Shown: positions 1-12,051, numbered from the stretch's first letter. The stretch: DNA of 63,412 bases from Octopus bimaculoides (GCF_001194135.2 NC_068995.1:2954591-3018002); one strand, 5' to 3'. Notes: generated by a model not told the origin, from the letters alone. Numbers and translations are program-made.

Positions 1-250
1 CCTGGACTGGCTTGTGCGGGTGGCACATAAAAGACACCATTTCGAGCGTGGCCGTTTTCGTGCGGGTGACACGTAAAAGCACCCACTACACTCTCTGAGT
101 GGTTGGCGTTAGGAAGGGCATCCAGCTGTAGAAACTCTGCCAAATCAGACTGGAGCCTGGTGTTGCCATCCGGTTTCACCAGTCCTCAGTCAAATCGTCC
201 AACCCATGCTAGCATGGAAAGCGGACGTTAAACGATGATGATGATGATGA
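1..250 (+). mobile_element. 3' end of RTE-LINE / RTE-tail SINE (repeat family A) ending in (GAT)n
   Basis: ggcacataaaa..cacc units followed by ttaggaagggcatccagctgtagaaac...catggaaagcggacgttaaacgatgatgat; the same sequence is attached to RTE ORF ends at 4218-5312, 36050-37500 and 40210-43015. Confidence 0.8.
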
Positions 251-807
251 TAAGGAAATCTGAAGTCAGCAAAGTTATCTCCCTTGCTCTGTTGCCTTAT
301 GACAAAGGCTGTTTTTGTGTGAAGAGAAGAAATAATAAATAGATCACTGAGAAAATATGTAATTCATCATAGATTCGCTTCAACTTTAAAGTTTAAAAAA
401 TATTTTTACTCCATTGTAATTATCTCTCATAGGTATTTCTTCCTTGACTTTCTTCATCATGACTGTTCCTGTATTGTCTCTGTAACAATAAAATACAAAC
501 CTAACCATATTTCATGAGACCCCAATGAGGTTCAAAAATCGATTAAGGCTGTTCATAACTTTTTTCTATCGCTGGAGAAATAATTAAATTTGCTATGTTT
601 ATATGTCTACTATGTAGATTTACACACGCAAATGTTATAGTTTGGTTTTGCAGAAAACAAAAGATGAAGGCAGGTGAGAGAACAACAAGCAGGTATATTA
701 GTTTGATGCTTGGGAAGAATGGAAAAGTTTTTGATGTTTCGAGTCTTAGCTCCTCGACAGAAAGGATTGAGAGGGGAAAAAAATGGAGAAAGATTATATT
801 CTATTGT

Positions 808-1120
808 TCTTTTACTTGTTTCAGTCATTTAACTGTGGCCATGCTGGAGCACTGCCTTTAATCAAACAAATCGACCCTGAGACTTATTCTCTGTAAGCCT
901 AGTACTTACTTTATTCATCGCTTTAGCCGAACTGCTAAGTTATGAAGATGTAAACACACCAACATCAGTTGTCAAGCGATGGTGGGGGGACAAACACAGA
1001 CACATAAATACATATATATATATACAATGAGCTTCTTTCAGTTTCCATCTACCAAATTTACTCACAAGGCTTTGGTTGGCTCAAGGCTATAGTAGAAGAC
1101 ACTTGCCTGAGGTGCAGTGT
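808..1120 (-). mobile_element. tRNA-derived SINE family B (central AT/AC microsatellite)
   Basis: ttttacttgtttcagtcatttaactgtggccatgctggagcac...gtttccatctaccaaa...gaagacacttgcc; more than 10 near-identical copies in the window. Confidence 0.8.
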
Positions 1121-1283
1121 ATGTGTGTGTGTATATATATATAAATGTGATATAAAATCGGGAAATACATCATATCTGATATAATGTTTCACTATTTGAG
1201 ATGTAACCTCTTCTTAATATCATCTGATACTGATAAATAATTTAACAACAACTAACACCAAATGTTTCTTTGTATAATTTCAG

Positions 1284-2357
1284 GTCCATAAAATCCTGCT
1301 AATTGCGTGCTGTCCCAAAATCTTAGACACTTACGACTACATTATGAAAGATACCAACGTCCAAGTGTGTTTCCCCCGCAAAGTATCTGCTGACGCTCTT
1401 AGAGCCTTTGTTGATTACCTTTATAACGGGTCATTAAACTTAAGTAAATCTATCCTCGACAGCATGGAATACCTCTCAGGGATGCTGGGTTTGGATGATA
1501 TTCGTCAACTGTGCAATCAATTTCGATTAGACTTATTTAATGATTCCAATAATGTGCCTGACAAGACCATTGTAACTGTTAGCCACTCTCAGAATACTTC
1601 AGGGCTCCATCTTTCTTTGTCAAATCCCCCAGCCACACCACCGCCACCTATAATTCGCCTCTCATCACAAACGACTTTGCCTGCAACGTCCACGACCAAT
1701 ATACAGATGCGATCTTCTTCTCCACACTACCAAGATAATCGGAGAGTAAGCTACTCACAAAAATCTTCAGAAAACAGATTTAGTATTTTACCAGAACAAT
1801 CTACAGATTCTGAGGTTTTAAATGTGAACTCAATAAAGTTAGAACCAGAAGTTGATTTGACAGTTGATGATTGCACAGAAGTGAAACAGGAAATCGCAAC
1901 GTACCAAAACAGCGAAGATTGTCAGTTTGGTTCTTGGTCACAGATTGATTCTCAGAGTGACGATTCGTTATCACATCGTAAAAAGAATGACTCTACTAAT
2001 TTTGACATCCAAACCACAGTTGATCTGAGTGTAACGCCTTTAAAATCTTTCACAAGTCATTCACAGAAGACTGCTAGCCATGATGACCCCGACTTGCAAA
2101 GTGTCATAACTATATCCCCTTCAAATTCTCCACTCCACTCCCCGACTTCTGTCGATTCTTCTCCTGATGTACAGACTTTTGAAGTAGATTCAGAAACACC
2201 AAACCTAAAGACACATTTGAACCCTTACCCTGTCGGTTTAGTTATGGCTAACACACACAATCTCTCATTACCAGAAAATAATAGGAAAAAAAGAAGCACT
2301 TTTGAAGATTTTGATGTAGATTTTGAGTGCAAAAAGTCTAAAATGGCACTTCAGTGA
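1284..2357 (+). CDS. Terminal coding exon of a BTB/POZ-domain protein (C-terminal half of BTB plus Ser/Thr/Pro-rich tail, no zinc fingers)
   Basis: Acceptor tttcag at 1278-1283, phase 0, open frame VHKILLIACCPKIL...VSADALRAFVDYLYNGSLNLS...LGLDDIRQLCNQF matches the BTB signature (HK.VL.A.S..F / F..ll.YlYtG.l.l / L.l..l...C..F); stop TGA 2355-2357; the upstream exon lies outside the window. Confidence 0.85.
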   Translation, partial: VHKILLIACCPKILDTYDYIMKDTNVQVCFPRKVSADALRAFVDYLYNGSLNLSKSILDSMEYLSGMLGLDDIRQLCNQFRLDLFNDSNNVPDKTIVTVSHSQNTSGLHLSLSNPPATPPPPIIRLSSQTTLPATSTTNIQMRSSSPHYQDNRRVSYSQKSSENRFSILPEQSTDSEVLNVNSIKLEPEVDLTVDDCTEVKQEIATYQNSEDCQFGSWSQIDSQSDDSLSHRKKNDSTNFDIQTTVDLSVTPLKSFTSHSQKTASHDDPDLQSVITISPSNSPLHSPTSVDSSPDVQTFEVDSETPNLKTHLNPYPVGLVMANTHNLSLPENNRKKRSTFEDFDVDFECKKSKMALQ

Positions 2358-2370
2358 TAATGAATTTGTA

Positions 2371-2376
2371 AATAAA
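2371..2376 (+). promoter_or_regulatory. Candidate polyadenylation signal of the BTB gene
   Basis: AATAAA 13 nt after the stop codon, followed by GT/T-rich sequence. Confidence 0.4.
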
Positions 2377-2718
2377 GTTGTTGGTTGAATATTTTTTTTC
2401 CTGTTTATCATGAAAATAGCATTTAAGAATGATGAAGGACACTACATCACATCTGTTTGATGTCTTGGGAAGGAGGTACTTGGACAGCCAAACAGACAAG
2501 AAGCTTTCAGTTCTTATCCTGAAATCTAATGGAAATGGTCGATTGTTTGAAAATATATTTCAAACACAGTAACTGTTTGAAAATTATATATACATGGTGT
2601 ATAAATAATTTTGAAGCACTCTAACTCTAAGATAATTAAAAAGTAACTTAACAAAGTCAGTTCATTTAAGTTTCATAATAGAGACTGACTAGTGTGCAAC
2701 TTAGTATAATAATAATAA

Positions 2719-2871
2719 TAATATTTAAAGGATTGATGTTACTCCTCCAGAAAATAAAGAAACAATAAGAAGAGTGCGACTGTTACCGAATGAACAATAC
2801 TTCGACATCTCGTGTGTCTTCCACAAATTCTTTACTTTCTGGAGGAGTAACATCAAATCCTTTAAATATTA
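2719..2871. repeat. Local inverted repeat (about 44-bp arms, 66-nt loop)
   Basis: taatatttaaaggat-tgatgttactcctccagaaaataaagaa (2719-2761) vs the reverse complement of 2828-2871: one indel, one mismatch. Confidence 0.9.
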
Positions 2872-3604
2872 CCAAAATGAAGTAGATCGAGATGTTTATT
2901 TTGAACGTGTGGAGTGACAGCTCAATAACACCATCGTCAAATAGTTGTTTAGTCTGTTTCTTAATAAACATTACAAATGGTGGAGAAAACTGGTCAGATT
3001 TAGTGGCATTTGGTTTTCAAATTTTGCGTCAGTATGCAGGGGTGGTCACTAGTGTAAGTTGAACAAAAGGTTTGATTTAATCCTCCTTTGACTGGATATA
3101 TAACATGACCATGTTTAATCTTTTAACATTCACATTATTCTCTCAAAAGTAATTAATTATGCATTATCTCGTTTTGAGATTTCAATGAAAGGCCATATTT
3201 TGTCTTCAGAATATTTGGGCCTGGATATGACCATTTTAAATGGTAAAAATGGTTAAGAAAGTCACGTCTCCAAATTATTATTATTAAGTTCAATTCCCTG
3301 GCATGCATTTGTTGTAGCAAAGCTTGTTAAGGTCGATGCTATTTGTTTAGATCGATATCTTTGCTGCACAAGTGTAAAGGTCACAGTTAGGGCAAGGCCC
3401 AAAATAGCATTTTTATGTTTGGGATGATTGTTTATAACAGGAACAGTATATTCATTGCTCCCTTAGGGAGTTGGACCCTGTTTTTGCTACAGTTTGTTGT
3501 AGGGTATTGAGGGGAAGTCAAGATTACATTTCTGTGACCAATTCCCAGAGAGTTAGTTTCTATGATTCCGAATTTGATGCAGAGTTCTTAAAGGGTGACG
3601 TTCA

Positions 3605-3985
3605 TCTTTTTACTTGTTTCAGTCACAGGACTGTGGCCATGCTGGGGCACTGCCTCGAAGGGTTTAGTCAAGCAAATTGACCCCAGTGTTTTCATTTTTC
3701 TAAGGCATGAACTTATTCTATCAGTCTTATACTGAACTGTCAAGTTACAGGGACATAAACAAACCATCGCTGATTGTCAAGCAGTGGTGGTGGTGGGACA
3801 TGGACACACACACAATGAACTTCCACAGTTACCATTTACCAATTTCAGTCAACAAGAAATCGGCCGGCTTGGGACTATAGTGAAAGACACTTACCTGAGG
3901 TGCTGTGCAGTAGGATTGAACCTGAAACTACGTGGTTGCAAAAGCGAGTTTCTTACACAACACAGAGCCAAGCCTGTGTGTTGTG
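3605..3985 (-). mobile_element. tRNA-derived SINE family B
   Basis: Same sequence as the other family B copies. Confidence 0.75.
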
Positions 3986-4217
3986 TATGGTGAAATGACA
4001 TCCTGGAAATAAATAAACCACTAATGTACTTCTTGGTATACGTCGGCAGTTACAACCTGAAATTGATACTTTCTGGTCGGATTGTGTTGAATATCACAAC
4101 TTAGGATTCAGTGTCTTCATCTGGTTTCTCTGTTCATGACTGCAATTAGAAGCTACAAAAAAAAAAAAATGTTCTCTTCTGCTATTTTATCCTTCTGCAT
4201 CCAGATCGCTCTGTCAA

Positions 4218-5312
4218 ATCATCATCATCGCTTAACGTCCACTTTCCATGCTAGCATGCGTTGGATGATTTGACTGAGGGCTGGCGAACCAGATGGCTCC
4301 AATCTGATCTGGCAGAGTTTCTACAACTAGATGCCCTTCCTAACGCCAGCCACTCCGAGAGTGTAGTGGGCGCTTTTACGTGCCACTGGCACAAGGGCCA
4401 GTCTGGCGGTACTGGCAATGGCCACGCTCAAATGGTGTTTTTTACGTGCCACCTGCTCAGGAGTCAGTCCAGCGGCATTGGCAACAACCTTGGTTGAATG
4501 TTTTGTTCATGTGCCAGTAAGGCGATGCTGGTAACGATCACGCTCGAATAGTTCTTATTACATGGCATGGAAGGAAGACAGCTGCTCTGGCAGTGATCCT
4601 GCTCGGATGGTGCTGTTAGCGCTCCACTGGCACGGATGCCAGTCATCAAATTTGGTTCAATTTCGATTTTCAGTTGCCCCAAGCAGAGTTTAGTGTCCAA
4701 TGAAGGAAGGTTGGCATGGGTGCCAGTTGTCAAATTTGGTTCGATTTCGATTTCACTTGCCTCAACAGGTCTTCGCAGGCAGAGTTTTGTGTCCAAAGAA
4801 GGAGAAGTATGCATAAGTGGGCTGGCTACACCCCTGGTAAAGGCCACAGGTTATGGTCTCACTTGTCTTGCCAGGTCTTCTCATGCACAGCATATTTCCA
4901 AAGGTCTCGGTTACTAGTCTTTGCCTCGGTGAGGCCTAATGTTCGAAGGTCGTGCTTCACCACCTCGTCCCAGATCTTCCTGGGTCTACCTCTTCCACAG
5001 GTTCCCTCAACCGCTAGGGTGTGGCACTTTTTCACACAGCTATTCTCATCCATTCTCGCCACATCACCATACCAGCGCAGTCGTCTCTCTTGCACACCAC
5101 ATCTAATGCTTCTTATGTCCAACTTTTCTCTCAAGGTACTTACACTCTGTCGAGTATGCACACTGACATTACACAACCATCGGAGCATACTGGCTTCATT
5201 CCTTGCAAGCTTATGCATGTCCTCAGCAGTCACGGCCCATGTTTCACTGCCATGTAGCATGGCTGTTCGTACATATGTGTCATACAGTCTGCCTTTTACT
5301 CTGAGTGAGAGG
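4218..5312 (-). mobile_element. RTE-clade LINE 3' fragment with 3' UTR and (GAT)n tail
   Basis: ORF 4859-5260 MLHGSETW...RNEASMLRWLCNVS...ERRLRWYGDVARMDENS...GRGRPRKIW is the typical RTE ORF2 C-terminus, followed by the family A tail. Confidence 0.9.
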
Positions 5313-5329
5313 AAGGTTTATTTATTCAT

Positions 5330-5720
5330 TGCTTTGAATTAATCTTGCATTATTTCACTGCTTCAAGGTTTCAATGATGGGATTGTTTATTTTTACAATG
5401 ACATTGTAGGGTAGGTCTGAGAGGTCAGATCTAGTTGGTTATGAACATATAATCAGGTAGGATATTTCGGCCTGCTATGGCTGGTTTAAATGCTAAAGGG
5501 TTGACCCCTTAGCATTCAGATTACTCCGTCAAACGTTAATCCTTATTTATTCCCATTGTTTTGAATTAATCATGTATTATCTCGTTGTTTAGAGATTTCA
5601 ATGATGTGATGGTTCGTTTTAGAATGACATTGTAGGGTAGGTGTGAGAGGCCAGATCTGGCCAGTTTGAACTTAAAATAGGTAGAATATTTTGGCCAGAT
5701 ATAGCCTGTTTAAATGGTAA
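5330..5720. mobile_element. Two adjacent copies of a piggyBac-like MITE
   Basis: Junction tgctaaagggttgaccccttagcatt (CCCTT..AAGGG termini at a TTAA-like site); the body is shared with 3060-3260 and 48130-48290. Confidence 0.5.
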
Positions 5721-6357
5721 GAAGTGAAAGATGTGTTTGAAGGTTGGCATTGACGTAGTCCAGTGAACAATTTGCAATATGGCTTAAAATTGAAAATGAG
5801 ATGAAATTGGTAAATAAAGCAAGTCTGTTAATGGGTGTGGAAATTCAGTCTAGAAAATATTGGAATGTAGTTTTTAGTGCATCCACTCAGAACTGTATGC
5901 GATAAAGTGCCATCAAAGCTATGTACTTGAAGAAATCTTTCCTGTGATGTTGTTACAGTATTTCACCATACGAAGCATTTCCTGGTTGAGCTTGTGCAAA
6001 TTACTATTTTTGTGTTTGACCTCAATATACTTTTGGGATGAAAATCATCATCATCATCATTGTGTAATGTCCATGTTCCGTAATGGCTGGCATGGTGGGA
6101 TTGTACAGAATGACAGGACCACGCTCTATATTAGATGCTGTTTTGATACCACTAACACTAGTGAAGTCGCCATGCTGCTTGTGACAATACAAACCCTGAA
6201 GAGGGAGTGCTTTTTGCTTGGAGATAGGGGCTTAAAGTAGAAGGAAAGAGGGAAGAGCAGACATTTCGTTAAAGAGGACCTCTGTGGCTTCTTACATTTA
6301 GAATGGTGGCTGAGAATTAAAACGAGTTTTACTTAGCTCAATATTCAATTTAAGTTA

Positions 6358-6655
6358 AGGTGGCAGAAACGTTAGCATGCCGGACGAAATGCTTAGCGGT
6401 ATTTAGTCGGTTGCTATGTTCTGAGTTCAAATTCCGCTGAGGTTGACTTTGCCTTTCAGGGTTGATACATTAAATACCAGTCAAGTACTGGTGATCGACT
6501 ATCTCCCTCTCCTAAAATGTCAGGCCTTGTGCCTTTAATAGAAAGGATTATTATTATCATTGAAGGCAGGGAGCTGACAGAATCGTTATTTCGTCCGTCT
6601 TTACATTCTGAGTTCAAATTCCGTCGAGGTTGACTTTGCCTTTCATCCTTCCCAG
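6358..6655 (+). mobile_element. Two tRNA-derived SINE family C copies
   Basis: ggcagaaacgttagcatgccgg..aaatgcttagcgg..ttctgagttcaaattccgc.gaggttgactttgcctttc; about 10 copies in the window. Confidence 0.75.
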
Positions 6656-7007
6656 ACTAGTTCTTTAGTGTGCCAGCAGATGGTTGAGTGCGCATTGACC
6701 TTCATGAGGTAGTGTGCCAAGTGACATCACTGTGGTTACTTTGTAAGTTGTGAAATTTGTGTTTTTCTGATCAGGTGTGTCTGCTGTAGTCTGTGGTTTT
6801 GCTATGGACAGGAATGTGAGATTTTGTGTTAAACTCGGGTAGTCTTCTACAGTGACTTCAATGAGCCTACAGCAGTGAAGCAATGGGTCGTACACAATGT
6901 TTTGAGTGACATGGACATTTCAAAAGCAGAAGAATATCTCTGGAAGACGATGAGGGATTTGGAAGACCTGCCACAAGCATCACCCTTGTAAATGTGCTAT
7001 TGTGCAC

Positions 7008-7150
7008 TTCAGAACAAAACTTTGAAAACCAATTTTGCACTTGCTGGTCTGTAATGACACCTTGGTCGTAAACACTGCATATTTTCTTTGCTGTTTCTAT
7101 GGTATTTTTTCCATTCTTACACTCCTACATCAGATGTCGAATATGCACTT
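7008..7150 (-). mobile_element. Mariner transposase N-terminal (HTH) relic
   Basis: The minus strand reads HIRHLM*ECKNGKNTIETAKKICSVYDQGVITDQQVQNWFSKFCS, matching the mariner N-terminus. Confidence 0.75.
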
Positions 7151-7692
7151 TAATCTTATACAATGACATGCATGCTTTCACTGTTTGAGATGAATCACAG
7201 ATGAGACTCTTTTAAGAACAGTAGTCTTCATTCCAGTTTTAAACATCTGAAGTTCGAAAAAACAGAAATTATTTGACTTGACCCAATGTGTATATATATA
7301 AATCTCGATACAAATAGCAAACAATTTACGAAAAATTAATTTGCAAAGGTATCATTTATTCTGTTATTATCCAAATACTTAAATGTATGTTAGTAGATTG
7401 TCTTAAGCTGATATGCCTTCGTTTTGATTTCTGTAACTATCATCAGTGTATTTTGGCGATTTAATAAGAGTTTTGATTGCTATTTCAAGCGGGTAGACAT
7501 ACTTAGTATGAAGGTTATAAAGGACACAGGTTTCGTGTGTCACATAGCTAGCTAGAGGCGATGGCTTCTTGGAGCTAATTCACGGCAGCTTTCGTCCTAA
7601 TTTTGGGACTGCCATGTTGGCTTGGCGATAACTATTAATTTCCAGTACCGCTGCCGTAGTCTCCTTTAGAGAGACTTAGAAATATTAATAAC

Positions 7693-7719
<27 letters not shown>

Positions 7720-7724
<5 letters not shown>

Positions 7725-8118
7725 GGTGTGGCTATGTCGTAAGATGTTTTCTTTTCAATCACATGGTTCCAGTTTCTATCCCAATGCGTGGCACTTTGGG
7801 CAAGTGTCTTCTACTATAGCCTTGGGTCGACCATAGCTTTGTGAGTGGATTTGGTAGACAGAAACTGAAAGAAGCCCTTTGTATATATATACATAGATAG
7901 ATAGATATAATGTGTGTGTTTGTGTCTGTGTTTGTCCCCTACCACTGCTTGACATTCAGTGTCGGTGTGTCTAAATCCTTGTAACTTAGCGGTTTGGCAA
8001 AAGAAATCGATATAATTCCAGGTATAAAAAAGAAGTCCTGAAGTCGAAACCTTCAATTAAAAACTCTTCAAGGCAGTGCTCCAGCATGGCCAGATTCTAA
8101 TGACTGAAACGAATAAAT
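7720..8118 (+). mobile_element. tRNA-derived SINE family B
   Basis: Family B sequence in + orientation. Confidence 0.75.
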
Positions 8119-8179
8119 GAAAAAAGATAAATTAAATTTAGACTAATTATACAATGGTGATTATTATCTCTGTTAACCT

Positions 8180-8550
8180 ACAGCAATTAAGACTAACCAA
8201 TAAACAGGTTGGGTTCTACGAGGCCTTTTTCTGAACATCCTTTACAACAAGTGACAGCAACATCCTTGTTTTTGTTGGTGACTTCGATGGACATGCCGGG
8301 CAGTGTCATGAAGGCTACTTAGCCATACATGGCGGCTATAGATATAGTTCTGAAAATGATTCCTGAAATTCTGAGAAGGAAATGAAGTGACCATCTGCAG
8401 CATGATCTTCAGGAAACCAATCAACAGCCACTTGGACATGGACCAATCAGACAAACACTCTCACCAAACAGATCTTATCGTCACTAGAAAACCGGATAGA
8501 CAAATGGTTGTTTATACAAAGTCTTTCTCTGGGAAAGAATATACCACTTC
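8180..8550 (+). mobile_element. Degenerate RTE LINE AP-endonuclease fragment
   Basis: Frameshifted remnants of QVG.FY, GDFdGH.G, HGGY and .QIDLI.T.K motifs. Confidence 0.6.
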
Positions 8551-8958
8551 AGAATACTAACTTTTGAGTAATTATTGATTCACTGAGATACAAACAATAG
8601 ACAGGAGAAGGACGATGTAGGAACTGAATTTTCCTTCTATGAAATAGATGTTTAGAGAACTTTTTGGTAACATGAGAGAGGAGATAAGGACTGATAACAA
8701 AGAGTAGCAGTCCATAGGTTATATGGGTTGGTTTCATGTGACACAATTGTTCCACAGATCAGGGGATCACATGCAGAACCAAAACACAACAAAATGCATA
8801 AATATATATGTAAACCAACTTTTTGTTTCGTTTTTGGAAGCATTGAATGTGTTTCGTATTTTACAGACAAGAAAGTAATATTTTGAGTGCAGTATAGCCA
8901 TGAAAACAGCAGAAAGGTTGGGTACTTTACCCTTATTAGATGGAAAAAGTTGTCAGTA

Positions 8959-9029
8959 GACAGCCATGGGACACGAACCCACACCTCTCAGGTACCGATC
9001 GAGCACTCTACTGATTAAGCTAAACTGCC
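8959..9029 (-). pseudogene. tRNA-like sequence (pseudo-tRNA or SINE head)
   Basis: Minus strand GGCAGTTTAGCTTAATCAGTAGAGTGCTCGATCGGTACCTGAGAGGTGTGGGTTCGTGTCCCATGGCTGTC has A-box and B-box-like motifs and a wobble-rich acceptor stem; the anticodon stem is imperfect. Confidence 0.55.
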
Positions 9030-9461
9030 CACTGACAACAATTTCTGTCACATTAAATGCTTAATACATAGCTTCTTTTGAAATGCAACAACATATGTAA
9101 CAAACTTTTTTCTTTGTTTCTGGAAGCATTAAATGTGTATATCCTATCGTACAGACAAGAATGGAGTATATAATTTAATTGTTGATTTCAAATTTGGGCA
9201 CAAGGCCAGCAATTTCAGAGGAGGGACTAAGTCAATTTCATCAACCTCAGTGTTTAACTGGTACTTATTGACCTCAAAACATAAAGACAGAGGAAAGCTG
9301 CTAAGCATTATGCATGGCGTGCTAACCATTCTGCCAACTTTTGCCTTATATAATTTAATTATTATGTATATAATACATATATATTATATAATATGATACA
9401 TACATAATACATTCATATTTATATTACATATATATTACATAATATATATGTATTTCATACA

Positions 9462-9822
9462 ATGCGTGGCATGTAAAAAGCACCATTTGAGCTTGGTCAA
9501 AGCCAGTGCCGCCTGACTGGCTCCCTAGCTGGTGGCACATAAAAAGCACCATTCAAACGTGGTTGATGCCAGTGTCACCTGACAGGCTCTTGTGCCAGTG
9601 GCACATAAAATGCACCATTCGAGCATGATCATTGTTAGTGCTATCTGACTAGCCCCCATGCTGGTGGCACTAGGAAGGGCATCCAGCTGTAGAATCCTTG
9701 CCAGAACAGATTGGAGCCTGGTGCAGCCTCCTGGCTTGCTAGTCCTCATTTAAACTGTCCAACCCATGCCAGCATGGAAAGCAGACGTTAAATGACAATG
9801 ACAACAATGATGATGATGATGA
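9462..9822 (+). mobile_element. Repeat family A (RTE tail)
   Basis: ggcacataaaaagcacc units plus a GAT tail. Confidence 0.75.
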
Positions 9823-10309
9823 TACATATATATTACATATAATACATATATATTACATAATACATATGTATTATACATGGAATACATATATAATGCAAAA
9901 ACCACTCTGCAGACTGCAGTTGTCAATAAAACAGAAGGAAAACTTTAAAATTTATTCATTCTGTGTGGTCTGGTGCCAAATGATTTAATGGCTGGGTGGT
10001 TGTTGATCCTTGACTTGGAGGACAACTTGAAGTTTCCCGGAGTCAACTAGTTGCGAGGTGTTTACAGATGAGATTTGTGGCTGGAGCAAGGGGTTCCTGT
10101 CTGATGCAAGATAACCTGGTGATGAAATAGTATTGTAGATATAGAGTCACAAAAACTGAAAAGACATGACAATCGCGTAGAAAAAAAAGAAGACGTTAAG
10201 TGAATGTAAAAAGAGAGGGAAAACAAAAATCAGGTGGTTTAGTCACTGATTTGTGCTGAGAGGATCAGAGGTGTGAAGTGTTCAGGGTTGTGAGCTGTGT
10301 ATTGGGGCC

Positions 10310-10432
10310 GATGTGGCTTAGTGGTCAGTGAGATGGATTCATGATTGTAAGATTGTGGTTTTGATTCCTGGACTGGGTGACGTGTTGTATTCTTGAGCAA
10401 AACACTTCATTTCACATTGCTCCGGTCCAGAG
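10310..10432 (+). mobile_element. tRNA-derived SINE family D, 5' part
   Basis: gtggcttagtggtcag...gattcctggactggg..gtgttgtattcttgagcaaaacacttcatttcac. Confidence 0.65.
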
Positions 10433-10692
10433 TAGATCAAGACATCATTGGAGTAAAAATGTTTTTGAAATGGCTGTTGGTCACTTTTAGTCACTGTCAA
10501 TGAGAAGATGCTTAAGAATGATTCAAGAAGAGGTGAGTAAGTGTAGAAGTAGGAGGAATAGGAACTCCTTCAGGAATATCCAACAGAGGGAATGGCTGTT
10601 GAAGTAAACAGTCATAGTATTGAAGTGGCAATCAAGGATATGAAGACAAGGAAGTTGCAGATGCATCAAAGGATAGTCAGAGAGATCTTTCA

Positions 10693-11135
10693 TCTTTTTC
10701 TTGTTTCAGTCATTGGAGCGTGGCCAGTCTGGGGCGCAACCTTGAAAGGCGAACAAATTGACCTCAGAACTTCGTTTTTTTTTTTCTTTAAAAGTTTGGG
10801 ACTTGTTCTATTGGTCTCTTTTTGTGAACTGCTAGATTACAGGGTTGTAATCAAACCAACACCGGTTGTCAAGAAGTGGTGGTGAGAAAACACAAGCATA
10901 AAGACACACACACGTACACGTACATACACACACACACATACGATAGGATTTTTTTCAGTTTCCATCAATCAAATCCTGTCATAAGGTTCTGATCAGCCTG
11001 GGGCTATGGTAGAAGGCACTTGAAAGAGGTGTTACACAAAGGGACTGACCCTTGGTTCAGTACCATGTGGTGCTATGCAAAGGGACTGATTCTGGAACCA
11101 CATGGTTTAGAAGTAAACTTCCTACCACATGGCCA
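10693..11135 (-). mobile_element. tRNA-derived SINE family B
   Basis: Family B sequence. Confidence 0.7.
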
Positions 11136-11834
11136 TACTGAAAATATCTCACAAAGTAGGACTTATGCTAGCCAATGACATAAGTCCACCATGTAGTACA
11201 GGGAGGTGTCATATAATTCACAAACTAGCTCAATGGCAAACGAGATGCTCTAGAAAGAAACATCTACAGATGGATCAAACCGATGGGTAAAAAGTCTTCC
11301 TTCGGATTACGAAGAGAATTAGTTTAGATGCAATGTCATTCAGATTTGTGCCTGGTCAGGGTACCACAAATGCTCTCTTTCACCAGAACTTTTTAGTTAA
11401 GGTTAAGCTTCTCTACCGGGTATTTCTCAATGTGCAGAAGGCCTCTGGCTGGCTTTCACATTCTGTAGTCTTCTCTTTAACCATTTGCTTAAAGCACTTT
11501 CATAAGTTTGACCTAAATGTCCATACTCATTTTCAGAGTTTTAGTTACCCCTTGTTTCATATGTTCTAAGTCAGCGTTTCTCAACTGGGTTTCCCTGGAT
11601 CACTAGGGTTCCGCAAAAGGTTCTTAGGGGTTCTGTGAGAAAGAGCGAGATAAGCTAATGCTAATTTCATGATCGTAATATTACTATACATGCACAACAT
11701 ATTATTGGTGATTGTAATATAGACATCATCTTATCTAACCTATTATGTTATCAGAAAATATAACAACCATTGGGGATATATTTAGTGATGTCTGTAATTT
11801 ATGGACACCCTATATATATATATATGGATAAGTC

Positions 11835-12051
11835 TCAGTGAGTATTGGCCCAGGCCATGTCTAACTTAATAGCACCACCTGGCGAAGTCATTCAAATCAG
11901 GAATTGGACACTCAAGCAGAGAATTATTGTTTACAGAGTCATATCCGGGTGTAGGAGGTTTATCCAGGATTTTTTGAAGGAATTTGTCCAAAGACTTCTT
12001 TAACTTTATGAGGTTTGTCTCTGCTTTAATGTTCTTTTGTATTTCGTCCAT
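11835..12051 (-). mobile_element. 3' end of a CR1/Jockey-group LINE
   Basis: ORF ...KLKKSLDKFLQKILDKPPTPGYDSVNNNSLL resembles the FK..LD.FL..IPD.P..PGY..NSL terminus of such LINEs. Confidence 0.6.

Noticed and set aside
653-672. ttttgcag|..|gtgaga as a possible upstream BTB exon
   Set aside because: The phase-0-ending frame contains a stop and no BTB N-terminal motif
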